Part shown: piece after piece, positions 33,988 through 43,435 of the stretch
How positions within the stretch are numbered: the first letter of the stretch is position 1
Layout of the letters: each line of letters starts with the position of its first letter
NCBI GenBank assembly: GCA_041695225.1
Contig: JBGFRI010000005.1
Coordinates: 42,936-106,935, forward strand
Source: Deinococcota bacterium
GTDB taxonomy: Bacteria; Deinococcota; Deinococci; Deinococcales; Thermaceae
Direction of reading: 5' to 3'
DNA length: 64,000 bases
Made by a program: the position numbers and the translations under genes
Notes under the pieces: generated by a model
Database searches by the model: none
Told to the model about the DNA's origin: nothing
What the model saw: the letters and a program-made list of their open reading frames with translations, nothing else

Positions 33988-34904
33988 AACTGGCCGACCT
34001 GGTCCAGCCCTGGCAGGACCACAGCTACGCCTTCTTAGACCAGTCGGCGAAGCGCGAACTGCGCCGCAAGATTCTCAAGGCCATCGCCCTGCCCGGCTAC
34101 CAGGTACCCTACGCCAGCCGCGAGGTGCCCATGGCCCGGGGCTGGGGTACGGGGGGCCTGCAGGTCACCCTGGCCCTGGTGGGCCCTGGCGATGTGCTAA
34201 AGGTGATTGACCAGGGGGCCGACGACTCGGTCAATGCCGCCAGCCTGCGCCGCTTTGTGGCCCGCATGACCGGGGTCAAGACCACCACCGATGCCCTGGC
34301 TGCCACCATTATCCAAAGCCGCCACCGCATTCCCGAGGAAATTCTGCAAGAAGGGCAGGTGCTGGTCTTGCAGGTGCCCGACCCCGAGCCGCTGCGGTCG
34401 GTGGAGCCCAACATCTCCCAGGCCCGCCAGATGCACGCCGATGCGGACTACGGGCTGATCTGGCTCAAGCTCTACGAGCAGCTGGTGCGTTACCGGCGGA
34501 TCATCCAGGGGGCCAGCTACCCGGCGCTGGTGCATGGGCGCTACGTGATGAGCCCCAGCCCGATCCCCCGCTGGGACCTGCCCAAGCTGCACCAGGCCAA
34601 AAGCCTGACCCTGCTCTCGGCCGGGCGCGAGAAGCGGCTCTACGCGGTGCCTCCCTATACCGAGGTGCGGCCCCTGGCCTTTGACGACGTGCCCTTCCAG
34701 GTCGAGGATCAGCGGGCTTTTGCCTGTTTTCGCACCGGGGTGCGCCACAAGTTTTTGAACGAGCTGCCGCAGGACGACGGCTCGGCGCTCTACGAGCTTT
34801 CCGACTCGGGCTATGGCGAGAAGATTCTGCGCCAGGCCGCAACCGGCCCTACCTACTTCGACCAGCAGGGGAGGTTTTACCATGACGGCTACCTGCGCGA
34901 CTGA
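33984..34904 (+). CDS. phnJ: PhnJ homolog lacking the canonical CX2CX21CX5C motif
   Basis: YAFLD, KAIALPGYQVPY, GWGTGG, KVIDQGADD, RHRIPE and AGREKRLYAVPPYT are conserved; only one Cys in the protein. Confidence 0.95.
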   Translation: MKLADLVQPWQDHSYAFLDQSAKRELRRKILKAIALPGYQVPYASREVPMARGWGTGGLQVTLALVGPGDVLKVIDQGADDSVNAASLRRFVARMTGVKTTTDALAATIIQSRHRIPEEILQEGQVLVLQVPDPEPLRSVEPNISQARQMHADADYGLIWLKLYEQLVRYRRIIQGASYPALVHGRYVMSPSPIPRWDLPKLHQAKSLTLLSAGREKRLYAVPPYTEVRPLAFDDVPFQVEDQRAFACFRTGVRHKFLNELPQDDGSALYELSDSGYGEKILRQAATGPTYFDQQGRFYHDGYLRD

Positions 34905-35697
34905 GCCGCTTCTGCCGCCAAAGCTGGTTAGTTTGCAGCCGCTCTTGCGGGCCGAGGGGCTGTACCGCCGTTACGGGGCGGTAAGCGCCCTGGAAAACGT
35001 TTCGCTCGAGGTCTACCCCCGCGAGGTACTGGGGGTGGTGGGCGAGAGCGGCTCGGGCAAGAGCACCCTTTTGCGGCTTTTGAACCTGGAAGAGACCCCC
35101 GATGCCGGGGTGTATAACCTGGAGCTGGACGGGTATCGGGAGGCCAACCTGTTCGCCCTGGACCGCTACGCCCGCCGCGAGCTGCGGGTGCGGCATATCG
35201 GCATCGTCTACCAGAACCCCTACCTGGGCCTGCGTATGCGCAACACCTCCTCGGGCAATGTGGCCGAGCGGCTGGTGTTGGGTGGCGAGCGCAACTTTGC
35301 CCGGCTGCGCCAGGTGGCCCAGAGCTCGCTGGCAGCCTCGGAGTTCCCCTTGCAGAGGATGGACGCACCCCCCATTCAGCTTTCGGGGGGAATGCAGCAA
35401 CGGGTGCAGCTGGCCAAGGCCATCGCCCTGCGGCCGGCCCTGCTGCTACTGGACGAGCCCACCACCGGGCTGGATGTCTCGGTGCAGGCCCTGGTGCTAG
35501 ACACCCTGCGCCGGCTGCGCCGCGAGCTGGGGGTGGCCATGCTGGTGGTCTCGCACGACCTGGGGGTGATCCGCACCCTTTGTGACCGGGTGCTGGTGAT
35601 GCGCCACGGGCAGGTGGTGGAGAGCGGCCTGGTAGACCAGGTGCTCGACGACCCCCAGCACCCCTACACCCAGCAGCTGGTGCACGCCAAACTCTAA
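34882..35697 (+). CDS. phnK: C-P lyase ATP-binding protein PhnK
   Basis: GESGSGKST, SGGMQQRVQLA, DEPTTGLDVSVQA and DQVLDDPQHPYTQQLV. Confidence 0.93.
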   Translation: MTATCATEPLLPPKLVSLQPLLRAEGLYRRYGAVSALENVSLEVYPREVLGVVGESGSGKSTLLRLLNLEETPDAGVYNLELDGYREANLFALDRYARRELRVRHIGIVYQNPYLGLRMRNTSSGNVAERLVLGGERNFARLRQVAQSSLAASEFPLQRMDAPPIQLSGGMQQRVQLAKAIALRPALLLLDEPTTGLDVSVQALVLDTLRRLRRELGVAMLVVSHDLGVIRTLCDRVLVMRHGQVVESGLVDQVLDDPQHPYTQQLVHAKL

Positions 35698-35706
35698 GGG
35701 CCCGCC

Positions 35707-36312
35707 ATGAAAAGACTCAGCCCCCATCCCACCATTCACCCTACCGCAGTTATCAAAAGCTCCAGGCTGGGGGCCTGGTGCGAGGTAGCACAAGAGACCA
35801 GTATTGTGGAGTCGGAAATTGGCGATTACAGCTATCTGATGCAGGGCTGCCAGTTGATTTACACTCAGGTGGGAAAGTTCTGCTCCATTGCCTCGTATGT
35901 GCGGCTCAACCCCGGCAACCACCCCTTAGACCGGCCCACCTCGCACCACCTTACCTACCGCGCCGCCCAGTATGGCCTGGGGCAGGACGAGCAGGCCTTT
36001 TTCGAGTGGCGCCGCTCAACCCCCGTGGTCATCGGGCACGATGTCTGGATCGGCCACAACGCCACGGTAATGCCCGGGGTGAGCGTGGGCCACGGGGCGG
36101 CCATTGGCGCGGGGGCGGTGGTAACCAAAGATGTGGAGCCTTACACCATCGTGGTGGGGGTTCCGGCCAGGCCGCTGCGCCTGCGCTTTAGTCCCGAGAT
36201 CATCGAGGGCTTGCAGCGCATCGGCTGGTGGGACTGGCCGCACGAGCTGCTCAAGGAGCGCCTGGCCGACCTGCGAGGGAGCACCCAGGCTTTTGTGGAG
36301 AAGTACGCATGA
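35707..36312 (+). CDS. Hexapeptide-repeat acetyltransferase, phosphonate-cluster type (DapH/DapD/CatB-related)
   Basis: IGDYSY, GKFCSIASYVRLNPGNHP, IGHDVWIGH and WWDW. Confidence 0.9.
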   Translation: MKRLSPHPTIHPTAVIKSSRLGAWCEVAQETSIVESEIGDYSYLMQGCQLIYTQVGKFCSIASYVRLNPGNHPLDRPTSHHLTYRAAQYGLGQDEQAFFEWRRSTPVVIGHDVWIGHNATVMPGVSVGHGAAIGAGAVVTKDVEPYTIVVGVPARPLRLRFSPEIIEGLQRIGWWDWPHELLKERLADLRGSTQAFVEKYA

Positions 36313-37091
36313 GGCTGGGCCTGATTGCCGACGTTCACGGCAACCTGCCGGCCCTTCGGGCTGTGCTGGATGAGCTAAAAAGACTGAAGGCCGAGCTGGT
36401 GCTGTGCGCGGGGGATCTGGTGGCCTACGGGGCCTTTCCCAACCAGGTGATTGCGCTGCTGCGCCAGCAGGCCATCCCCTGTGTGCTGGGCAACTACGAC
36501 CAGGCCGCCGCCTGGGACCTGAGCACGGCCAGCTCCCGGCCCAGCAGCCCGCGCACCGAGCCGCTCAAACGGGCCGCGCTGGCCTGGGCGCAGCAGCAGC
36601 TTGGTGAAGATAATCGGCGGTATTTGCGCGGCCTGCCCTGGCAGATGGAGTACCGGTTCGACCAGCAGACCTACCGCCTGTTACACGCTGGGCCAGAAAA
36701 GCTCGATGAGAGCTACAGCCCGCAAGACCAGGCTGGCCTCTGGCGGCTAGCCTCGAGCCTGAGGGCCGACGTGGTAGTGCTGGGCCACACCCACCAGCCC
36801 TTTGCCCAGCAGGTGGGAAAGACCCTGTTCATCAACCCCGGGGCAGTCGGGCGCAGCCTGGACGGCGACCCCCGGGCCTCGTTTGCCCTGCTGGAGACCC
36901 AGAGTATGAGACTTGAGTTTTTTCGTATTTCCTACGACCTCGAGGCCGCAGTGCAGGCTGTGCTAAACAGCGGGATGCCGCGCGAAATCGCCACCCTGCT
37001 GCGCTTTGGCCTGCGCCGCATTGAAGATGCTCCCCAGGGGGTGCGCGTAGCGCATGGAGTGGGTGATGCAGTGGTCGAGGATTTGGAGTGA
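36309..37091 (+). CDS. Metallophosphoesterase (calcineurin-like, YfcE type)
   Basis: DVHGN, GDLV, GNYD, GHTH and INPGAVG. Confidence 0.92.
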   Translation: MRLGLIADVHGNLPALRAVLDELKRLKAELVLCAGDLVAYGAFPNQVIALLRQQAIPCVLGNYDQAAAWDLSTASSRPSSPRTEPLKRAALAWAQQQLGEDNRRYLRGLPWQMEYRFDQQTYRLLHAGPEKLDESYSPQDQAGLWRLASSLRADVVVLGHTHQPFAQQVGKTLFINPGAVGRSLDGDPRASFALLETQSMRLEFFRISYDLEAAVQAVLNSGMPREIATLLRFGLRRIEDAPQGVRVAHGVGDAVVEDLE

Positions 37092-37134
37092 CTAACCGAT
37101 ACTCGCTATGCGAGTAACCTAAGGAGGCTAGCCT

Positions 37135-37824
37135 GTGAAAGTACTGGAAGTGCGTGACCTTGCTAAGCGCTTTATCCTGCACCAGACCGGCCGGGAGATT
37201 CCAGCGTTCAGTAGCCTCAGCTTCGATCTGGCCGCAGGCGAATTCTTGCTGGTGGCCGGGCCTAACGGGGTAGGGAAGTCTACCCTGTTGCGCTCGCTTT
37301 TTCGCACCTACCGGCCCAGCGCTGGCTCGGCCTGGTTTTACTCGAATTATGGCCGGGTTGACCTGGCCCGCGCCGCCGACGTGGATATTGCCCTGCTGCG
37401 GCGGGAGGAGATCGGGATGGTCAGCCAGTTCCTGCGCCCCCGCCCGCGGGTGACTGCCCTGGAACTGGTGGCCGAACCGCTGCTGGAGGCCGGGCAGCAG
37501 GATGCTTTTACTACTGCCGAGCGCTTTTTGCGAGCCTTTGCCCTCAAACCCGAGCTGTGGGCTGCTTATCCCAGCACCTTTTCCGGCGGGGAGCAGCAGA
37601 AGGTCAACCTGGCCCGGGCCCTGATCCAGCCCCGTCGCTTGCTGCTGCTAGATGAGCCGACAGCCAGCCTGGACCACCAGACCCGCGAGGCCCTGGTGGC
37701 GCGGCTGGCCGAGCTGAAAGCAGAGGGTACCGCCCTGGTAGGAGTCTTTCACCACCCCGAGGAAGTGGAGCACTTGATTGACCGTGAGCTGCGCCTGGAG
37801 GTGCTGGAGTATGGAGCTAGGTGA
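37135..37824 (+). CDS. phnL: C-P lyase system ATP-binding protein PhnL
   Basis: KRFILH, GPNGVGKST, VSQFL..PRV, PSTFSGGEQQKVNLAR and GVFH. Confidence 0.92.
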   Translation: MKVLEVRDLAKRFILHQTGREIPAFSSLSFDLAAGEFLLVAGPNGVGKSTLLRSLFRTYRPSAGSAWFYSNYGRVDLARAADVDIALLRREEIGMVSQFLRPRPRVTALELVAEPLLEAGQQDAFTTAERFLRAFALKPELWAAYPSTFSGGEQQKVNLARALIQPRRLLLLDEPTASLDHQTREALVARLAELKAEGTALVGVFHHPEEVEHLIDRELRLEVLEYGAR

Positions 37825-39031
37825 TACCACCCTCGACCATGTCACTTCCCGTCCATTGTGGCTGAGTGAGCTGCGACTGGTGCTGCCGGACCGGGTGCTG
37901 GAATCGGCCTCGTTGCGCATCGAGGGTGGGCGGGTGGCCGAGGTGCGTGAAGGCCCGGCCCCCCACCCCGACCTGCACTGTGCGGGCCTGACTGCGATAC
38001 CTGGCCTGGTAGATCTGCATGGCGATATGCTCGAGCGGGAGGTAGAGCCGCGCCCGGGCGCGCAGCTTCCCCTCGAGATGAGCCTGCTGGAGCTCGACAA
38101 GCGGCTGGCCGCAGCCGGCGTCACCACCGCCTACGCGGCCATCTCCTTCGCCGAGCATCGCCAGAAAGGCCAGATTCGCACCGAGGAACGGGCCCGCGAG
38201 CTGGTGCAGGGGGTTGCGGGCTTAAGAACCGGGCTGCTGGTGGACTTCCGGGTACACGCGCGATTCGACATAACCAACCCCCGCGCCGCCCCTGTGCTCA
38301 CCGAGCTGCTGGGGGAGGGCCTGGTAGACATGGTCTCGCTCAACGACCACACCCCAGGCCAGGGGCAGTACCGCGACCTGGAGCACTATCTGGGCTTCAT
38401 CGCTCGGTGGCGCGACCAGAGCCGCGAGGAAGTAGAAGCCCGCCTGCAAGAACGTCTGTTGCAGGCCAGGGACGTGCCGGTAGCCTGGGAGGTGGTAGCC
38501 GAGGTAGCCCAGCTTGCCGCCCAGAACGGGTTGAGACTGGCCTCGCACGACGACGACACCCCAGCAAAAGTAGAGCTGGTACATAAGCTAGGGGCCAGCA
38601 TCAGCGAGTTCCCGGTAACCAGGGAGGCCGCCCAGGAGGCCCGGCAGAGGGGCATGGCGGTGGTGATGGGCGCCCCCAACGCCCTGCGTGGGGGCTCGCT
38701 TGCGGGAAACCTGTCGGCCCTCGAGGCCCTGCAGGCGGGGCTGCTGGACATCCTGGCCGCCGACTACTACCCTGCCGCCATGCTCCAGGCCGCCTGGACG
38801 ATTGCTGCACGCGGCTATCTGTCACTTCCGCAGGCCATCGGCCTGGTTACCCTGAACCCGGCCCGCGCAGTAGGGCTGCACGACCGCGGGAGCCTGGTTC
38901 CAGGTCAACAAGCCGACCTGGTCTTGTTGGAGACCAGCCCACGGCTGCGGGTGGTAGGTACTTTGCGCCAGGGGCGTTTTATCTACTGGGCAGGGCACAA
39001 AATGCTGCGCTCTGCGGTGGCTGCTTGGTGA
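37811..39031 (+). CDS. phnM: Alpha-D-ribose 1-methylphosphonate 5-triphosphate diphosphatase, copy 1
   Basis: PGLVDLHGD, DHTPGQGQYRD, ASHDDDT, SEFP, MGAPN and DYYP. Confidence 0.95.
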   Translation: MELGDTTLDHVTSRPLWLSELRLVLPDRVLESASLRIEGGRVAEVREGPAPHPDLHCAGLTAIPGLVDLHGDMLEREVEPRPGAQLPLEMSLLELDKRLAAAGVTTAYAAISFAEHRQKGQIRTEERARELVQGVAGLRTGLLVDFRVHARFDITNPRAAPVLTELLGEGLVDMVSLNDHTPGQGQYRDLEHYLGFIARWRDQSREEVEARLQERLLQARDVPVAWEVVAEVAQLAAQNGLRLASHDDDTPAKVELVHKLGASISEFPVTREAAQEARQRGMAVVMGAPNALRGGSLAGNLSALEALQAGLLDILAADYYPAAMLQAAWTIAARGYLSLPQAIGLVTLNPARAVGLHDRGSLVPGQQADLVLLETSPRLRVVGTLRQGRFIYWAGHKMLRSAVAAW

Positions 39032-39386
39032 TGCCAGATCACGGGCAACAATACCGCTTGCGAGGCTGCCAGTACGCAAGGTCGCGAGCAAAAGCCCGCC
39101 TCGGTGGGCTGCAATACAAAAATACTTCAGGTTTATGGCCGTCATCGCCAGGGGCCTAAAGCCCTTCAAGGGTGGAAAAAGGCGGCGACGCCCGGCCCAA
39201 TGGCGGCGGAGGGCTCGCCGGATGGTGTGGCGGCTCGGGGTGAGGCCTGTTGGGACCTGGTGTTAAGAGCACACTGCCCAGGGCTTTTGCCCACTTGCCC
39301 CGAGGGAAATTCGACTCCGATGGTCTACGGCAGATCCGACGCTGCGCTTTGACCCGGGTATTTGTCAGGCCGAGGTAATAGGTCTG

Positions 39387-40214
39387 ATGACGCTGGACTC
39401 ACGGCCTCCCGTTAACTTTCTTGCGGGAGGTAGCCCTTTGATTCACCTCGAGTCTGTCACCCACCGCTTCGCCAACGGTACCCAGGCCCTGGCCGAGATC
39501 ACCCTGGAGATGCACCCGCATCACTTCACCGTGCTTATTGGGCCATCCGGCGCGGGCAAGTCTACCTTAATGCGCGTGATCAACGGGCTGATTCGCCCCA
39601 GTGAAGGGCGGGTCTGGGTTGGAGGCCAGGAGATCACCCGCGCCCCCGCTGCGGCCGCGCGGAAGGCCCGACGCGAGATCGGGATGGTCTTCCAGCAGTT
39701 TAACCTGGTGAAGCGCCTCACCGCGCTGGACAACGTCTTGCTGGGCCGCCTGGGCTACCGTGCCATGTGGCGCAGCCTGACCCGGGCCTTCCCCAAAGCA
39801 GAAGTGGAGTTCGCCTTTCACCTGCTGGAACGCGTAGGCATGGCCGACTACGCCTGGCAGCGGGCCGATACCCTGTCCGGTGGCCAGCAGCAACGGGTGG
39901 GTATTGCCCGGGCCCTTGCCCAAAAGCCCAGGGTAATCCTGGCCGATGAGCCCATATCGGCCCTCGACCCCAAAAGCTCGGAGCAGGTGATGGCAATTTT
40001 ACGCTCCATCCGCGATCAGGACGGCCTGATGGTCATCGCCAACCTGCACTTTCTGGGCGCCGTTCGCGAGTATGCCGACCGGGTGATCGGGCTGCAAGCG
40101 GGCCGGGTGGTCTTCGATGGCAGCAATGGCGACCTTACCGATGGCGCTGCGCGCATGCTCTACTACGGCGAAAACCCATTACCAACTGACTCACCACAAC
40201 TGGCTATCTCATAG
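39387..40214 (+). CDS. phnC: Phosphonate ABC transporter ATP-binding protein, set 1
   Basis: [32 protein letters not shown] and [10 protein letters not shown]. Confidence 0.93.
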   Translation: MTLDSRPPVNFLAGGSPLIHLESVTHRFANGTQALAEITLEMHPHHFTVLIGPSGAGKSTLMRVINGLIRPSEGRVWVGGQEITRAPAAAARKARREIGMVFQQFNLVKRLTALDNVLLGRLGYRAMWRSLTRAFPKAEVEFAFHLLERVGMADYAWQRADTLSGGQQQRVGIARALAQKPRVILADEPISALDPKSSEQVMAILRSIRDQDGLMVIANLHFLGAVREYADRVIGLQAGRVVFDGSNGDLTDGAARMLYYGENPLPTDSPQLAIS

Positions 40215-40223
40215 GAGGAAGAC

Positions 40224-41087
40224 ATGAAACGTTTGCTCAGCCTGATAGTTCTTTTGTTTGGCCTGGCCCTGGCCCAGCCCAGCCCAGCCCCCGGGGTCTG
40301 CCCCGCCGAGATCCGCTTCGGTATCCTGCCAGCCGATGAGGCCGCGGTACGGTTGCGTTTTAATCCTCTGTTCGAGTACCTGCAGCAGCAGACCGGCAGC
40401 CGCTTCCGGGTTACGGTGGGGGCAGACTATGCCGCCATCATTGTGGCCATGGCCCATGACCGCCTGGATCTTGCATGGTTTGGGCCAGAAGCCTACGTCC
40501 AGGCCGCCAGGCAGACCCGGGTAATACCGCTGGTCATAGCGGACCGGGTAAATGCTGGCCGCTCCTATCACAGCCTGATCCTGGTGCGGGCCGACTCGCC
40601 CTTCCGCACCCTCGAGGATCTGCGCGGTAGAAACTTTGCCTTTGTTGACCCCAACAGCACCAGCGGCTATCTGATCCCGCTGGTTCATTTTCTGCGTGAG
40701 GCCCGCATACGTCCTGAAGACCACTTCCGCCAGGTGGTGTTCGCAGGTACCCACCCCGCCGCCATTCTGAGCGTTCTCAACGGCAGGGTAGACGCCACCG
40801 CTACTGCAGACACGACCCTGAGCCGGATGATTGCAGCGGGCCAGGCCAGACGGGAAGATTTCCGAGTCATCTGGACCTCACCCCCTATTCCTAACAGCCC
40901 CGTTACTGCAAGCGCACGGCTTTCTGTACCTTGCCGCGCCCTCATAACACGGGCTTTTCTGAGTCTGCGTGACCCCCGGGTGCTGGAAGGTTTTGGGGCC
41001 ACGCGCTTTGTAGTGGTAACTGACGCCGAGTATGCCATGGTGCGCGAGGCTGGTCGGTTGCGCGACGAGCTGGCCAGGCAGCGCTAG
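40224..41087 (+). CDS. phnD: Phosphate/phosphite/phosphonate-binding protein, set 1
   Basis: Signal peptide; DYAAII, DPNSTSGYLIP and FAGTH. Confidence 0.92.
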   Translation: MKRLLSLIVLLFGLALAQPSPAPGVCPAEIRFGILPADEAAVRLRFNPLFEYLQQQTGSRFRVTVGADYAAIIVAMAHDRLDLAWFGPEAYVQAARQTRVIPLVIADRVNAGRSYHSLILVRADSPFRTLEDLRGRNFAFVDPNSTSGYLIPLVHFLREARIRPEDHFRQVVFAGTHPAAILSVLNGRVDATATADTTLSRMIAAGQARREDFRVIWTSPPIPNSPVTASARLSVPCRALITRAFLSLRDPRVLEGFGATRFVVVTDAEYAMVREAGRLRDELARQR

Positions 41088-41095
41088 GACCGCCC

Positions 41096-41926
41096 ATGCT
41101 TGAAGCCAGCCCACGCTCGCCCGTGACCAGACCCCCCGCGTCGGTTCAACGCGCCAAGCGTTTCAACCTGGTAGCAGCGGTCCTGGTACTTCTGGCACTG
41201 GCGGCAGCATATCCACTCACCGAGATCAGCCCAGGCGGGCTGATCTCGGGCATAGGTGACTCGGTTCGGTTCATTTTCGGCTCTCCTGACCGCCCCGGAT
41301 CAGGTTTTTTCCCTCCCGATTTCTCTCGCATCGAGACCTACACCGTGCAGATGCTGGTGACCGTGGCCATGGGCCTCTGGGGGACCGTGCTCTCGCTGGT
41401 GCTGGCAGTGCCACTGGCATTTATGGGGGCGCAAAACGTGGCCCCTACCTGGTTATATAACCTGACCCGGCCGGTACTGGACTTCATGCGTGCGCTGCCC
41501 GACCTGGTGCTGGCGCTGATATTTGTAGCAGCGCTGGGTCTGGGCCCATTCCCCGGCATCATGGCGCTGGCCTTTAGCACCGTGGGCAGTCTGGGCAAGC
41601 TCATCTCCGAAGCCATCGAAGATGTGGACCCGGGCCAGGTCGAGGCAGTCAAGGCCACCGGAGCTTCCCCTTTGATGGTACTGCTGTATGGGTACTGGCC
41701 GCAGATCCTGCCACTCTTTACCTCTTACACTCTGTACAGGTTCGAGGTTAACGTTCGGGCCGCGACCTTCCTGGGCATTGTTGGGGCAGGTGGCATCGGC
41801 TTTTACCTGCAGGAGGCCATGCGCGGCTTCGACTTTCAGGCTACTCTAGCGATCATTATCATCATCCTGATCACCGTGCGGCTGGTTGACTGGAGCTCGG
41901 CCAAGCTGCGGGCCCGGATCATCTAG
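41096..41926 (+). CDS. phnE: Phosphonate ABC transporter permease, set 1
   Basis: GLGPFPG, SEAIEDVDPG and YRFEVNVRAATFLGIVGAGGIG. Confidence 0.94.
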   Translation: MLEASPRSPVTRPPASVQRAKRFNLVAAVLVLLALAAAYPLTEISPGGLISGIGDSVRFIFGSPDRPGSGFFPPDFSRIETYTVQMLVTVAMGLWGTVLSLVLAVPLAFMGAQNVAPTWLYNLTRPVLDFMRALPDLVLALIFVAALGLGPFPGIMALAFSTVGSLGKLISEAIEDVDPGQVEAVKATGASPLMVLLYGYWPQILPLFTSYTLYRFEVNVRAATFLGIVGAGGIGFYLQEAMRGFDFQATLAIIIIILITVRLVDWSSAKLRARII

Positions 41927-42119
41927 ACCGCTCTTCACATACTTAGTATTCATTGCCCTGATGGGACCGAAGCAGTCCCGAGGGGTACCAGAGCACTCTG
42001 GCCGCCGGGGTGCTCTGGACTGCTTCACACCCGGAGCCTGGCCCTCTGCGCCATCGAGTTGGGTGGTCGCAATACCCAAAAATACAATCCTGTGGTCATT
42101 GCAAGGAGGCCCTTATTTT

Positions 42120-42331
42120 GTCATTGCGAGGAGGCCCTTGGGCCGACGAAGCAATGGACTGGGTGATGGAGTGGCCGAGGATGGGGATGATTAATCTATC
42201 CAGGAGAGGCTCGTAAGCCCATCAGCCGTCGAGGTGATCTGGATTGCTTCGCATCCTTCGGATGCTCGCAATGACGAAAATATACGTTCCCGTCGTCATT
42301 GCGAGGAGGCCGCAGGCCGACGAAGCAATCC
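42120..42331. repeat. REP/BIME-like cluster (GTCATTGCGAG...GAAGCAAT family)
   Basis: Three alternating units at 42120-42155 (+), 42241-42275 (-) and 42295-42331 (+). Confidence 0.8.
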
Positions 42332-42568
42332 AGGAGGGCATGCATGCAACTTGACTAGCGGGATGCTCGGGATCTCTCCTAACGGCCTGCAGGGCATCAG
42401 ACTTTTGCCTCGAAACGCTCCTTACAAGCGCCGAGCCTCTTACAGCGTGCTCTTAGACCAAGCGTTGCCGAGGATTCACGGTAACCCAGTGTTTCAAGTC
42501 GAGGCAACCGGCCTGGTGGGTAGTGTGCGCTAAGTCTTTTGGGCTGGATCGGTCTGGGGCAAAAACAG

Positions 42569-43429
42569 TTAGCGAGACCGGGGGTCTAAGCGCTGGCGCA
42601 TCCACTCACCAAGCAAATTGATGCTGAAGGCGGCCAGAGCAATGGCCAGCCCGGGGAAGATCACCATCCAGGGGTGGGTGCCCAGGTGAGGCCGCCCCAG
42701 AGCCAGCATATTTCCCCAGCTCGGCACGTCGGGAGGTACGCTCAGCCCCAGAAAGCCCAGCCCGGCCTCGTAAAAGATCATGGCCGAGACCTCGAAGGTA
42801 GCCAGGGTGGCCAGCGGGCCCAGCAGGTTGGGCAGCAGGTGGCGTAGCATTATGCGGCCATCGCTGCAACCCAGGCTGTACGCGGCCTCGACGTAAGGCA
42901 GGGCCTTGAGCCGCAAAACCTCCCCCCGCACCAGGCGGAAAAAGATTGGCGAACAGGTCACCCCGAACAACAGAATCACGTTTTCCAGGCTGCGCCCCAG
43001 CACCGAGGCCAGTACCACCACCAGCACCAGGTAGGGTACGGAGAGCAGCAGGTTGGTAACGCCGCTCAAAATGGCATCGAGCCGGCCCCCGTAGTAACCT
43101 GCCAGCAGGCCCAGCCCGACCCCCAGCACCAGGGCTACCAACACCCCCAGAAAGCCTACCGTGAGCGATACCCGGGTTCCGTAAATTATGCGTGAGAGCA
43201 GATCCTGCCCGAGCTGGTCGGTTCCCAGCAGGTGGGCTGGGCTACCACCGGGATGCCAGGCGGGGGGCAGGTTGGCATTAATGAAATCGCCCGCATACGG
43301 GGAGTGAGGAGCAACCAGCGGTGCAAACACTGCCACCAGCACCATCAGCAGCAGAAGTCCAGCCCCCAGAATGCCGCCAAAGTGTCTGCGCGCACGCGGA
43401 ACAATGCGATGAGATTGAATATTCGCCAT
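42569..43429 (-). CDS. Dpp/Opp-family ABC permease (DppC-like)
   Basis: HLLGTDQLGQDLLSR, YVEAA, HLLPN and EAGLGFLGL. Confidence 0.92.
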   Translation of the reverse strand: MANIQSHRIVPRARRHFGGILGAGLLLLMVLVAVFAPLVAPHSPYAGDFINANLPPAWHPGGSPAHLLGTDQLGQDLLSRIIYGTRVSLTVGFLGVLVALVLGVGLGLLAGYYGGRLDAILSGVTNLLLSVPYLVLVVVLASVLGRSLENVILLFGVTCSPIFFRLVRGEVLRLKALPYVEAAYSLGCSDGRIMLRHLLPNLLGPLATLATFEVSAMIFYEAGLGFLGLSVPPDVPSWGNMLALGRPHLGTHPWMVIFPGLAIALAAFSINLLGEWMRQRLDPRSR

Positions 43430-43435
43430 ACTCGT

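Noticed and set aside
35707..36312. Chloramphenicol/streptogramin resistance gene (catB/vat)
   Set aside because: Same fold, but its position and the NPGNHP motif fit the phosphonate-cluster acetyltransferase
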